From Dehalococcoidia bacterium (GTDB taxonomy: Bacteria; Chloroflexota; Dehalococcoidia; GIF9; AB-539-J10), in NCBI GenBank assembly GCA_046483735.1, contig JAWOCP010000023.1:1-58535 (forward strand): a stretch of 58,535 bases of DNA, given 5' to 3'. This document shows, in pieces, positions 47,425 through 56,695 of this stretch. Made by a program: the position numbers and the translations under genes. The notes under the pieces are model-generated. The model was not told where the DNA came from and did no database searches. It saw only the letters and a list, made by a program, of their open reading frames with translations. How positions within the stretch are numbered: the stretch's first letter is position 1; each line of letters opens with the position of its first letter.

Positions 47425-48051
47425 TTACCTTACTTTTTCAATTATTAGCAGCCCGCCGTTGGCTCCGGGTACTGCCCCCTTAACCAGAAGCAAGTTACGC
47501 TCCGGGTCAGTTTGAATTACCTCGATATTACGCGCTGTCACTCTACTATTTCCCATATGCCCTGCCATGGATTTTCCCTTTAGGACGCGGCCAGGGAATG
47601 TGGTAGCACCGATTGAACCGGGGGCGCGATGGCGGTCAGTTTGGCCGTGGCTCTTCGGTCCACCGGCGAAATGGTGTCGCTTCACCACGCCAGCAAAGCC
47701 CTTGCCTTTAGAAAAACCGGTTATGTTTACCAGGTCACCATGATTGAGAAAGCCGATATCTACCTTGTCACCACGCTTGACCGAGCCAATATCATCGGTC
47801 CTGAATTCGCGCAGATAGCGAACTTTGTCTAAGCCCCGGAGATGCCCCTTCTCTGGAGAGTTAAGCTGAGACTGCTTCACCTCACCGACCACAAGGCCTA
47901 ACTGAACAGCATTATAACCGTCCTTGGCCTCGCTTTTCACCTGCGTTACCACGGACGGCCCGGCCTGGATAGCGGTTACGGCCGTCGCCTCGCCGCTTCC
48001 CTCGAACAGCTGCGTCATGCCTATTTTCTTGCCAATAATGCCTGGAAACAT
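47425..48051 (-). CDS. rplC: 50S ribosomal protein L3
   Basis: GIIGKKIGMTQLF...GKGFAGVVKRHHFAGGPKSHG. Confidence 0.95.
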   Translation of the reverse strand: MFPGIIGKKIGMTQLFEGSGEATAVTAIQAGPSVVTQVKSEAKDGYNAVQLGLVVGEVKQSQLNSPEKGHLRGLDKVRYLREFRTDDIGSVKRGDKVDIGFLNHGDLVNITGFSKGKGFAGVVKRHHFAGGPKSHGQTDRHRAPGSIGATTFPGRVLKGKSMAGHMGNSRVTARNIEVIQTDPERNLLLVKGAVPGANGGLLIIEKVR

Positions 48052-48059
48052 AGCCTTAA

Positions 48060-48368
48060 CTATAACTTAATGTCGATCTCCACTCCAGATGCCAGATTAA
48101 GCTGACTCAGGGCATCTATAGTCTTGGAACTTGGCTGTAGAATATCAATTAGCCTCTTATGAGTCCTGATTTCGAACTGCTCTCTGGAGTCTTTATCGAT
48201 GTTCGACGAACGAATAACGCAATACTTTTCGATATCTGTAGGTAGAGGCACCGGGCCGACTGCTATAGCCCCGGTACGTTCAATAGTCTCCACTATTTGC
48301 CTTACTGCCTGATCAGCCAACCTGTGATCGAAGCTCTTGATTTTGATACGAACTTTTTGCTCAGTCAT
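48060..48368 (-). CDS. rpsJ: 30S ribosomal protein S10
   Basis: [31 protein letters not shown]. The start overlaps the fusA stop by 4 nt. Confidence 0.95.
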   Translation of the reverse strand: MTEQKVRIKIKSFDHRLADQAVRQIVETIERTGAIAVGPVPLPTDIEKYCVIRSSNIDKDSREQFEIRTHKRLIDILQPSSKTIDALSQLNLASGVEIDIKL

Positions 48369-50434
48369 TTACCTCTTCCCGTTCTGGCAGCGATTTGCTC
48401 AGCCAGACTTTGCGGCAATTCTTCATAGTGATGAAACTGCATGGTGTGACTTGCTCTCCCTTGACTAAGCGACCTTAAATCTCCCGCAAAACCGAATGTC
48501 TCCGCTAGAGGAATGAGGCAGCGGATGGTCGAAGACTCGGTGCGACTCTCAATGCTTTCGATATGAGCTCTTCGGGAGTTCAAATCGCCGATAATGTCTC
48601 CCAGGAACTGGTTGGGAGTTGTTATTTCCACTTCCATAATTGGCTCGAGAATGATGGGCTTAGCTTTGTCTATACCATCCCTCGTAGCCATGAAAGCTGC
48701 CATCCTGAAAGCCACGTCCGAAGAATCGACTTCGTGAAAACTGCCGTCATACAAAGTCACCTTCACATCTACTACAGGATAACCTGATAATCCCCCGCTC
48801 TGCAAAACTGCTTTAACGCCTGCTTCCACCGACGGAACGAATTCCTTGGGTATTGCCCCACTCCGAATTTGGTCGCGAAACTCAAATCCACTGCCACGCT
48901 CGCCTGGCTCAATTCTAAGCCAGACGTGCCCATATTGCCCTCTGCCGCCGGATTGACGCACGAATTTCCCTTCAGATTCCACCGGAACGGTGATTGTTGC
49001 CTTATAGGCAACCTGAGGCTTGCCGGCGTTGACCCTTATGCCATATTCGCGAAATATACGCTCCATCAATACCTCGAGATGGAGCTCCCCCATACCCGAA
49101 ACTAGAGTTTGCCCCGTTTCTTTATCATGGTAAATTTTGAAGGTAGGATCCTCAACAGCAAGTTTGGCCAGGGCGTCGTCCAACTTGTCCTGGTCGCCCT
49201 TACTCTTGGGCTCAACCGCCATGGCAAGCACGGGCTCAGCAAACCGTATAGTCTCAAAAAGCACTGGCCGTGTCGGCTCACAAAGGGTGTCACCAGTCGA
49301 GGTCGTCTTAAGCCCCAGAGTAGCTACAATAGCCCCGGCATCAGCATGATCGACCTCTTCACGGTGGTCGGCATGCATGACGTACAGTTTCCCCAACCTC
49401 TCTTTCTTATCTATGCTGCAGTTCAAGACCTGCGCTCCAGCTCTTATCCTGCCTGAGTACACGCGCAGGTAGACCAGTCTGCCCATAAAGGGGTCGGAAA
49501 CTGTCTTAAACGCCAGTGCGGAAAAAGGCTCATCATCACTCGTAAGACGGACGGCTTTCTCTCCGCTTCTGGGGTCAACGGCCGAAACGGCAGGAATATC
49601 CAGTGGCGAGGGGAGATAATCTACGATAGCATCAAGCAATGGCTGGATACCTCTATCTCTCAAGGCACTGCCGCAAAGGACTGGCACTATGCGGTTAGAA
49701 ACTGTCAGTCTTCTTATGGCTGCCTTAATTTGAGAGGTGGTGATGTCTTCCCCATCAAGATAAGGCAGCATAATCTGTTCATCGAGCTCAGCTAAGTCCT
49801 CTATTAATGCTTGACGATGCTTGGCCAGCAAACTCTCATTGTCTTCATCAATTGGAGTTGAATTAGAATCAACAGGGAAAGCAATGACTTTGTTTTCCAC
49901 CAGGTCGATGATGCCTCGAAACAGCTTCTCACTTCCTACAGGGAACTGTACGGGTAACGCCTTACGCCGCAATCTCTGGTTAATCATGGTCACTGTGTGA
50001 TGAAAGTCAGCGCCGACCCTGTCCATCTTGTTAATAAAGCAAATCCTGGCCACGCCATATTTATCTGCCTGGCGCCACACGGCCTCTGACTGAGCTTCCA
50101 CTCCGGCTACGCCATCGAAAATGACAACACCACCGTCCAGCACACGGAGGCTACGCTCCACCTCGGCCGTGAAATCCACGTGTCCGGGGGTATCGATGAT
50201 GTTTATACGGTGTTCGCGCCATTGACATGTGGTCGCCGCGGAAGAAATGGTAATGCCTCGTTCTCTCTCCTGCGCCATCCAGTCCATTACCGCAGTCCCT
50301 GCATCCACGCTTCCAATCTTGTAAGTGCGCCCTGCGTGGTGGAGAATCATCTCAGTAGCTGTGGTCTTGCCAGCATCTATATGAGCAATGATGCCTATGT
50401 TTCGTATTTTTTCCAAAGGGAAAGTCCGCGACAT
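48365..50434 (-). CDS. fusA: translation elongation factor G
   Basis: [40 protein letters not shown]. 689 aa from ATG 50434. Confidence 0.95.
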   Translation of the reverse strand: MSRTFPLEKIRNIGIIAHIDAGKTTATEMILHHAGRTYKIGSVDAGTAVMDWMAQERERGITISSAATTCQWREHRINIIDTPGHVDFTAEVERSLRVLDGGVVIFDGVAGVEAQSEAVWRQADKYGVARICFINKMDRVGADFHHTVTMINQRLRRKALPVQFPVGSEKLFRGIIDLVENKVIAFPVDSNSTPIDEDNESLLAKHRQALIEDLAELDEQIMLPYLDGEDITTSQIKAAIRRLTVSNRIVPVLCGSALRDRGIQPLLDAIVDYLPSPLDIPAVSAVDPRSGEKAVRLTSDDEPFSALAFKTVSDPFMGRLVYLRVYSGRIRAGAQVLNCSIDKKERLGKLYVMHADHREEVDHADAGAIVATLGLKTTSTGDTLCEPTRPVLFETIRFAEPVLAMAVEPKSKGDQDKLDDALAKLAVEDPTFKIYHDKETGQTLVSGMGELHLEVLMERIFREYGIRVNAGKPQVAYKATITVPVESEGKFVRQSGGRGQYGHVWLRIEPGERGSGFEFRDQIRSGAIPKEFVPSVEAGVKAVLQSGGLSGYPVVDVKVTLYDGSFHEVDSSDVAFRMAAFMATRDGIDKAKPIILEPIMEVEITTPNQFLGDIIGDLNSRRAHIESIESRTESSTIRCLIPLAETFGFAGDLRSLSQGRASHTMQFHHYEELPQSLAEQIAARTGRGK

Positions 50435-50476
50435 GAGTTTGTCCTTTGTCTCAAGTACTGCTTTCAACACAGCTTT

Positions 50477-50950
50477 TCACCAGCGATAGTGAGCAAAGGC
50501 TTTGTTAGCCTCTGCCATCTTATGAAGGTCATCACGTTTCTTGATTGTGACCCCACGACCTTGGATGGCGTCTACTAACTCGGACGCCAGCTTTTCTTGC
50601 ATAGACTTACCACTGCGAGCTCGTGCCGAGGCAATGAGCCATCTCATGGCAAGAGCACGCCCCCGGTCCTCCGGAACCTCCATGGGAACTTGATAGGTGG
50701 CCCCACCAACACGGCGCGATTTAACCATCAGAAGCGGCGCAGCACTTTTGATCGCTCGCTCTAATGCTTCTTCAGGACTGCTGTTCACCTGCTGACCAGC
50801 TAACTCTAACGCATTGTATACAACACGCTCGGCTGTACTCTTCTGCCCTCTGAGCATCAGCCTGTTGATAAACTTGGCCACAGTGACGCTGTCATATTTA
50901 GCGTCGGGTGGCGGTGTTCTTCTTACTACTCCTCTAGTTCCTCTTGGCAT
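50477..50950 (-). CDS. rpsG: 30S ribosomal protein S7
   Basis: MPRGTRGVVRRTPPPDAKYDSVTVAKFINRLMLRGQKSTAERVVYNAL. Confidence 0.95.
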   Translation of the reverse strand: MPRGTRGVVRRTPPPDAKYDSVTVAKFINRLMLRGQKSTAERVVYNALELAGQQVNSSPEEALERAIKSAAPLLMVKSRRVGGATYQVPMEVPEDRGRALAMRWLIASARARSGKSMQEKLASELVDAIQGRGVTIKKRDDLHKMAEANKAFAHYRW

Positions 50951-50962
50951 TTGAAATCCTTG

Positions 50963-51376
50963 CTATTTTTGTGCCTTGGTTCCATACCTGCTGCGACCTT
51001 GCTTGCGGCCAGATACTCCTTCAGTGTCCAGGGTGCCGCGGATAATGTGGTAGCGAATTCCAGGAACATCCTTAACTCTGCCACCACGGATCAGAACTAC
51101 CGAGTGTTCCTGCAAATTATGTCCTTCACCGGGAATATAAGCAGTTACTTCCATGCCGTTGGTCAGCCTGACACGGGCAACTTTGCGCAGTGCCGAGTTA
51201 GGTTTCTTGGGTGTAACCGTCTTAACCTGAACGCATACACCTCTTTTTTGAGGCGACCCTGGGCCCCAGCTAACTCTTCCTTTCATCGTATTTCGAACGT
51301 AATGCAGTGCTGGGACATCGCTTTTCTTTCCCAGCTTCTGTCGCCCTCTACGAACAAGTTGATTTACTGTTGGCAT
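50963..51376 (-). CDS. rpsL: 30S ribosomal protein S12
   Basis: [13 protein letters not shown]...[59 protein letters not shown]. Confidence 0.95.
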   Translation of the reverse strand: MPTVNQLVRRGRQKLGKKSDVPALHYVRNTMKGRVSWGPGSPQKRGVCVQVKTVTPKKPNSALRKVARVRLTNGMEVTAYIPGEGHNLQEHSVVLIRGGRVKDVPGIRYHIIRGTLDTEGVSGRKQGRSRYGTKAQK

Positions 51377-51515
51377 TTCTATACTCCCTTATTTTAGGCA
51401 AGTGAAAAGCCGTCTGGTTATGCGCCGGTCTACTCCGGGAAAATCTTGCTCGGCCTTAGCCAGCCGGCTTTTGCGGTTTTCTAACCCTTTACCTTTTAGT
51501 AGACGCCAATCTCCC

Positions 51516-51544
51516 AATTTAACACAAGATAATTGGGATGTCAA
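51516..51544 (-). promoter_or_regulatory. near-consensus sigma70 promoter for the rpsL-rpsG-fusA ribosomal supercluster
   Basis: On the minus strand: TTGACA (51544..51539), 17-nt spacer, TAAATT (51521..51516). This leaves a ~130-nt leader before ATG 51376. Confidence 0.5.
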
Positions 51545-51728
51545 CTAGCAAGTCGGCTTGCTTAAGGAAAAACTGAAAAGTGGACCCCATAAACCTGAAA
51601 AATGGGCTGGGCAAGGTTGGAAAATGGACTCTGGTACATTCCATTCCCTGCAAAAGAAAGGGTCGCATGAAGCAATTTCGCGAACGGTTGACGATTAAAC
51701 GGGTGAGGATGCTATAAAAAGGGTGCTG

Positions 51729-52571
51729 CTACACGTTAATCTGCATGCCGTCGTAGGCAAACCTGATACCGTCCGATTCCATAGCGCAGTAGTCATCGTA
51801 GCTACGGTTCCAGTACTCCTCAAGGTGAACAAACAGAACCTTCTTCGCCTCGATACGGGCTGCCAGTTCAAGCGTCTGCTCAAAGGTATAGAGCGTAGCC
51901 CTGGAGATGTGATTTGCCGGGTATTTGAAGCGATGTTTTAGTCCACCCTCGAATATGCCTGGCTGGATGATAAGAAGGTCGGGCCGCTGGACCTCAGTGC
52001 GACGCTCCGGAAACGGCTTCAAGTCGCATGGGGCGTACACAATCTTCCGCCCTGCCCTCCCGAAGACGTACACGAAGGCTGTCTGTTCACCGCGGTCCAC
52101 CGGGATAGCGTCAATTTTCACCGGACCCGCCTGAATACTGTCCTGAAAGGGCGCGAGACGCATGAATCCTCTTTTCTCATAGTAGTCCACCAGTGGGCCG
52201 TACTGAGATTGGATGCTGCGCAAGTTCGCGTGCAACTCTTCGGGAAGCAAGAGGCGAATCTGTTTCTCGGGATAAGCATGCCAGGTACGGAAGTCGAGCG
52301 CAATTTGCTCTACTACCCGGAACCCTTCGACATGGTCGGGGTCGAGGTGGGTAAAGGCGAGGTGGTCGACACGGCGGATGCGGCAGCGGTTCAGCGAGCA
52401 CGAGATTTCTGCCGGCGTGTCGATAAGGAGATTGATGTCATGAAGAAAAGCGGAAGGGCCTGCCCGGGCGTAAGGAACGCCTCTTGCCCTGGCCTGCTGG
52501 CAGATTCTGCACTGGCAAAGGGGCTTGGGGATTACCATACAGCCCCCAGAGCCCAAGATGGTCAATTTCAT
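51729..52571 (-). CDS. MBL-fold hydrolase of the PhnP/PqqB-like subgroup with a variant metal motif
   Basis: N-terminus MKLTILGSGGCMVIPKPLCQCRICQQARARG carries the CxCxxC..AR motif seen in PhnP/PqqB. The usual THxHxDH position reads FTHLDPDHVEG (HxDxDH). Confidence 0.75.
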   Translation of the reverse strand: MKLTILGSGGCMVIPKPLCQCRICQQARARGVPYARAGPSAFLHDINLLIDTPAEISCSLNRCRIRRVDHLAFTHLDPDHVEGFRVVEQIALDFRTWHAYPEKQIRLLLPEELHANLRSIQSQYGPLVDYYEKRGFMRLAPFQDSIQAGPVKIDAIPVDRGEQTAFVYVFGRAGRKIVYAPCDLKPFPERRTEVQRPDLLIIQPGIFEGGLKHRFKYPANHISRATLYTFEQTLELAARIEAKKVLFVHLEEYWNRSYDDYCAMESDGIRFAYDGMQINV

Positions 52572-52621
52572 GTGACACTAGAAAGCAGGCCCTATGTAGC
52601 CTTGCCCTATTCCTTCTTTCC

Positions 52622-54211
52622 TTAGCGTGTATGCTTTAGGTCACCATCCATGGTGCCACGAACTCGCTCTCTCTCCTCAGCAAAATCAAAGCCAGTCCAG
52701 ATTCCAATAGAACCGAGTATCGAGTCTTGGGGGTGAAACTGACGAAAGGTCTTGAAGTAATAGGCTGCCTCTCTGCTATTGATAGTCGCCTTGGGATTTT
52801 CTGCCTTGATGCGTTGAAACTCGTCTTCGCTTATCTCACTTTCAGCCAGCTTTTCTCCCAGGTCCTCGCAGCCTGCTCCTTGAGTGTACTGGACTTTGTA
52901 ACGCCACAGTATCTCGTCGGGTAGATAATTTGTGTCTTCAAAAGCCTTGCGTAAGATCCATTTCTCAATCCTATCTCCCACCTTTTCGGATTCGCGAATC
53001 TTGAGCTCGGGAGGAATCTTCATGGAAAGGTCAACCATAGCCACATCCAGGAAAGGCACCCTCAACTCCAGACTGAAGTACATTCCCATCCGGTCGGCGC
53101 GCTGCAGGTTGATATTGTGGAGATTACCAATGCAGCGCCTGGCCTCCTTATTCAGCACATCCATAGGATAATGCTTCATGTAGTGATAGCCAGTGAAGAG
53201 CTCGTCTGCCCCCTCTCCGGTGAGTACCACAGTCACATAATCGGCGGCTAACTTGCAGGTGAAGTAGCAGGGAACGGCACAACGTACAAGCGAAGGATCA
53301 TAGCTTTCCAGCTTCTTGATAACAATTGGCAGCGCTTCATAATACTCATCCTCGGTAAAAATCAACTCGTGGTGTGTCGACCCGATGTGCGCTGCTGCAA
53401 TGCGAGAGGCCTTAAGGTCATCACTCTCGTCCCCAGATTCATCCTTCATGCCTACTACGAAGGTGTGGAGATGGGGGATTTCATCAGCAGCGATGGCAGC
53501 CACCAGACTGCTGTCGATGCCACCGCTGCAGAAGGAGCCTACGTGGATTTCCTTATCTGCCAAAAGCCTTTTCTTGACTGCCTGAATAAAGGTTTCTCGA
53601 ATCAGCTTGCAGGTCTCTTCTACATCCGTCAGCAGGTGGTCTTCAATGGGCGGGATTTCGTAATATTGCACGAACCCGTCTTTGGGGGTGTAATAGTGCC
53701 CGGCAGGGAATTCATGAACTTCCTCCACACCAGCGAGAGTCATAGCCCCCAGTTCTGAGGTGAAGTAAAGCTTGTCTCCGACATAGCCATAATAGAGCGG
53801 TTTTATCCCAATGGGGTCACGCGCCAGCATGAAATCATCGCCGTTAAAGACAGCGAAAGCGAACATCCCGTCCAACTCTTTCACACACTCCACCCCCTTT
53901 TCCTGATAGAGATGAAGAATGGTCTCCGTATCCGACAATGTTCTAAACTCGTATTTAGGTATGAGCTTCTGTCTTAGATCCCAAAAATTATAGATTTCCC
54001 CGTTGCAGATGATTCCTGTCCGGCCACCGTTGGCCAGAATCGGCTGGTGGCCCTTAGCCACGTCAACAATGGAAAGTCTGGTATGACCAGAAACGCCATT
54101 GCCAAATGTGTGAATGCCGCGGTCATTTGGCCCACGATGGGGCAACGCATCCAGCATACGATTTATGGTCTTTGTATCTTGTATTCCAAAACATCCTGCT
54201 ATACCACACAT
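52622..54211 (-). CDS. asnB: asparagine synthase (glutamine-hydrolysing), AsnB type
   Basis: MCGIAGCFG has the Ntn nucleophile Cys2. HRGPND and LARDPIGIKPLYYG are present. PP-loop SGGIDSS. The C-terminal part INSREAAYYFKTFRQFHP resembles the AsnB C-terminus. Confidence 0.85.
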   Translation of the reverse strand: MCGIAGCFGIQDTKTINRMLDALPHRGPNDRGIHTFGNGVSGHTRLSIVDVAKGHQPILANGGRTGIICNGEIYNFWDLRQKLIPKYEFRTLSDTETILHLYQEKGVECVKELDGMFAFAVFNGDDFMLARDPIGIKPLYYGYVGDKLYFTSELGAMTLAGVEEVHEFPAGHYYTPKDGFVQYYEIPPIEDHLLTDVEETCKLIRETFIQAVKKRLLADKEIHVGSFCSGGIDSSLVAAIAADEIPHLHTFVVGMKDESGDESDDLKASRIAAAHIGSTHHELIFTEDEYYEALPIVIKKLESYDPSLVRCAVPCYFTCKLAADYVTVVLTGEGADELFTGYHYMKHYPMDVLNKEARRCIGNLHNINLQRADRMGMYFSLELRVPFLDVAMVDLSMKIPPELKIRESEKVGDRIEKWILRKAFEDTNYLPDEILWRYKVQYTQGAGCEDLGEKLAESEISEDEFQRIKAENPKATINSREAAYYFKTFRQFHPQDSILGSIGIWTGFDFAEERERVRGTMDGDLKHTR

Positions 54212-54237
54212 AAATGTTACCTCTCTTTCTTTTATGC

Positions 54238-54440
54238 TTAGGCTATCTCAAATGTCTGAAGTACCTTGACAGCCTGAAAACCATCAACACAGTAGGCGCC
54301 GGCACCTATCTCCTGCGCAAACTCCTGGTACACAATGGCACCTCCGACGAGCACGTTCAACCCACTTCGACCGCAAGCGACCTCTTTAGCAGGACAACCC
54401 ACTTTACATCAGTACGCAGGAGACTTGTAGAAGGCAAGTG
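54238..54440 (-). pseudogene. decayed C-terminal fragment of a corrinoid (B12-binding) protein
   Basis: The minus frame 54408..54238 reads CKVGCPAKEVACGRSGLNVLVGGAIVYQEFAQEIGAGAYCVDGFQAVKVLQTFEIA*. This aligns with the C-terminus of the 56008..56694 protein (VKVLIGGAAVSDEFAREIGADAYCVDAFAAVKVLDSYQQAN). An in-frame TGA lies directly upstream. There is no N-terminal part and no DxHxxG motif. Confidence 0.65.
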
Positions 54441-54476
54441 AACACAAGGTCAATACGATCCCTATGAAACCCTCTC

Positions 54477-55961
54477 CTACTTAAAGGGGTCCCAGCGCAC
54501 CGTCTGTTTTTCATACGCAGGCGGAAAGAGTTTCAGGAATTCGTCGTAATAAAGGAGTTCCTTGAACGTGGCGAATGGCATGCCATATGCTGACCTGGGC
54601 CGGCTCTTTATCTCCTCGGGGTCAATTATCCTGGATACCAGCGCATCCATCACGTCATCTGTACCGACTCCCATGGCAAACCTGAGCTTCTCACGATTGG
54701 CAATCTTCTCAGGAAGCATATCGCGGAATGCCTCGCGCAGAACGAACTTCTCTATCTGCCGCTCCCCGTAGATCTTCCATGACATCGGTATCTTCCTGGC
54801 GAAAGCGACAACCTTGGCGTCCAAGAACGGCACCCGATACACCACCGCGTTTGCCATCCAGGCCCGGTCAAGGCGCCTGAGGGCGGTGTTGTAGGCGATA
54901 TCCAGCAGCTTCTGGGCAAGCTGCTCCCGATGGGCGTCATCGACCACTGCGGGGTTCTTCAGGACCATGCGGTATCCCCCAAACAGCTCATCGGCCCCTT
55001 CGCCGACCAGGACGACATTGGTGTATTCCTTCGCCATCCGCGCAACGCAGTAGTTGGAGATAATGCCTGATATGCAGTCCTCGTCAAAGCTCTCAAGGTG
55101 CCAGACTGCCCGGGGAATGATATCGGAAATATCGGAGTCGGTTATCCGGTAGATGTGGAGGTTGTGCTCAAGACCGAGGAACTCGGCCATCAGTATCGCA
55201 TTCTCCAGGTCGGGGCCGGGCGCGCTGTCAATGGTGCCCGTAAACAGGTGCAGGTCTGGGTTGTACTCCCTGGCGATGGCGGCCACAATAGAACTGTCTA
55301 TGCCCCCGCTCAAAGAAATGCCCCGTACGCCCGGCATTCTGTTGCGTACCGCCTCTGTGAGCAGTTGACGGAGGATTGTAGCTGCTTCCTTCATGGTCTC
55401 TGGCTCGGGCACGTCAGGGACGAAAGGCTCAAATGGCTTCAACCCTTCGCGGGTGCTGTAGATGTGGCCGGGGGGCAACTCATTGACGTCAAAGCGGATG
55501 TGGTTTATCAGTCCCTTCATCTCGCTGCTGAAGCACAATAGCCCGTGTTCTGACCCGTAGAAGAGGGGCCTGGCGCCCACCTGATCCCGTGCTAGGATTA
55601 CCTCGCCTGCGTCAACGATTGCGCACGTGTAGCTTCCATCGAGCATGGAGAAACACTCTTTGCCGTATTTCTGGTAAGACTCCTTGAATAGCTCAACATC
55701 ATGCTGGCTCGGGGCCCTTTCGTTGAACAACTCTCCGTCAAAAACGACGAATGGAGGTGTGGAAAGCGAGGCGCAGCAAGTTCTCTCGGGCGTCAGATTG
55801 ATTTCATTGGCGCCCAGCGCGCCGTGACGGTCGGGCAGGGTTCGCAGTGCCACGTTGTCTGGACCGCGGTGTCGCATCTGCTCAAGCATCTTACCAACTT
55901 GCTCTCCACATCCCTCCAGCACGTCTCCAGTCAATGAAAATATTCCGGCTATGCTCGCCAT
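54477..55961 (-). CDS. AsnB-family paralogue lacking the N-terminal catalytic cysteine (predicted glutaminase-inactive)
   Basis: ATG 55961 has AAGGAG 7 nt upstream. The N-terminus is MASIAGIFS where AsnB has MCGIxG. It retains HRGPDN, LARDQVGARPLFYG, the PP-loop SGGIDSS and an AsnB-like C-terminus (FATFKELLYYDEFLKLFP). Confidence 0.8.
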   Translation of the reverse strand: MASIAGIFSLTGDVLEGCGEQVGKMLEQMRHRGPDNVALRTLPDRHGALGANEINLTPERTCCASLSTPPFVVFDGELFNERAPSQHDVELFKESYQKYGKECFSMLDGSYTCAIVDAGEVILARDQVGARPLFYGSEHGLLCFSSEMKGLINHIRFDVNELPPGHIYSTREGLKPFEPFVPDVPEPETMKEAATILRQLLTEAVRNRMPGVRGISLSGGIDSSIVAAIAREYNPDLHLFTGTIDSAPGPDLENAILMAEFLGLEHNLHIYRITDSDISDIIPRAVWHLESFDEDCISGIISNYCVARMAKEYTNVVLVGEGADELFGGYRMVLKNPAVVDDAHREQLAQKLLDIAYNTALRRLDRAWMANAVVYRVPFLDAKVVAFARKIPMSWKIYGERQIEKFVLREAFRDMLPEKIANREKLRFAMGVGTDDVMDALVSRIIDPEEIKSRPRSAYGMPFATFKELLYYDEFLKLFPPAYEKQTVRWDPFK

Positions 55962-56007
55962 ATAACACTCCTTTGCTGCGGGTATAATTGCTGCCTGTGG
56001 CTACGCC

Positions 56008-56694
56008 TCAGTTTGCCTGCTGGTAGGAATCGAGCACTTTGACTGCGGCGAAGGCATCGACGCAATAAGCATCGGCACCTATCTCCCGGGCAAACTCATC
56101 GGAAACAGCAGCACCCCCTATGAGCACTTTGACACTGCTCCGGAGTTTGCTTTCCTCAAGAGCTTTGATGACCACGCCCATCTCAGTCATGGTGGTAGTG
56201 AGCAGGGCCGATAGTCCCAGGTATCCCGGTTTTTCTTCCTTCACGAAGTCGACCACCTTCTCTGTGGGCACGTCTATTCCCAGGTCATGCACCTCGTAGC
56301 CAGCGCCTTTCAACAGGATAGCGACGATGTTCTTACCGATGTCGTGGATATCCCCCTTTACCGTAGCAATGGCGAATTTCCCCTTGGTCTCCACGTTGGC
56401 CGCCTCCAGCACTGGCCTCAGGATATCCATTGCCGCTCCCACCGCTTCGGCCGAGGCAAGCATGTCCGGGATAAAGTACTCCTTGGTGGAGAACTTCTCA
56501 CCGACCACCCCCATCCCGGCAGTCAAACCCTCGGTTATTATCACCTGCGGGGAGATATCGTTCTCAAGAGCCTGTTGCATTAGCTCCACCACGCCGGGTG
56601 TTCCGGCAAGACTGTCGTCTATCCCCACATCGTCCTCTGTCTTTCTTCCCTGTATCACGTTTTCTTTTATTTTGGCAATTATGTCCTCGCTCAT
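56008..56694 (-). CDS. corrinoid (cobalamin-binding) protein of methyltransferase systems
   Basis: It has an N-terminal helical cap and a Rossmann B12-binding domain with the DxHxxG motif (GDIHDIGKN), SALLTTT and IGGA. ATG 56694 lies 1 nt after the MttB-family stop. Confidence 0.9.
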   Translation of the reverse strand: MSEDIIAKIKENVIQGRKTEDDVGIDDSLAGTPGVVELMQQALENDISPQVIITEGLTAGMGVVGEKFSTKEYFIPDMLASAEAVGAAMDILRPVLEAANVETKGKFAIATVKGDIHDIGKNIVAILLKGAGYEVHDLGIDVPTEKVVDFVKEEKPGYLGLSALLTTTMTEMGVVIKALEESKLRSSVKVLIGGAAVSDEFAREIGADAYCVDAFAAVKVLDSYQQAN

Positions 56695-56695
56695 G

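Noticed and set aside
51687-51716. Plus-strand promoter-like TTGACG ... TGCTATAAA downstream of the MBL gene
   Set aside because: The spacer is 19 nt. No plus-strand gene follows, only the antisense of the MBL gene. It was kept only as a possible antisense promoter and not reported as a feature.
52622-55961. Lasso-peptide (or beta-lactam) biosynthetic cluster, suggested by the AsnB homologues
   Set aside because: There is no transglutaminase-like leader peptidase, RRE, precursor-peptide ORF or exporter nearby. Both proteins keep the AsnB-specific C-terminal region. One has a canonical MCGI N-terminus and is most simply a real asparagine synthase.
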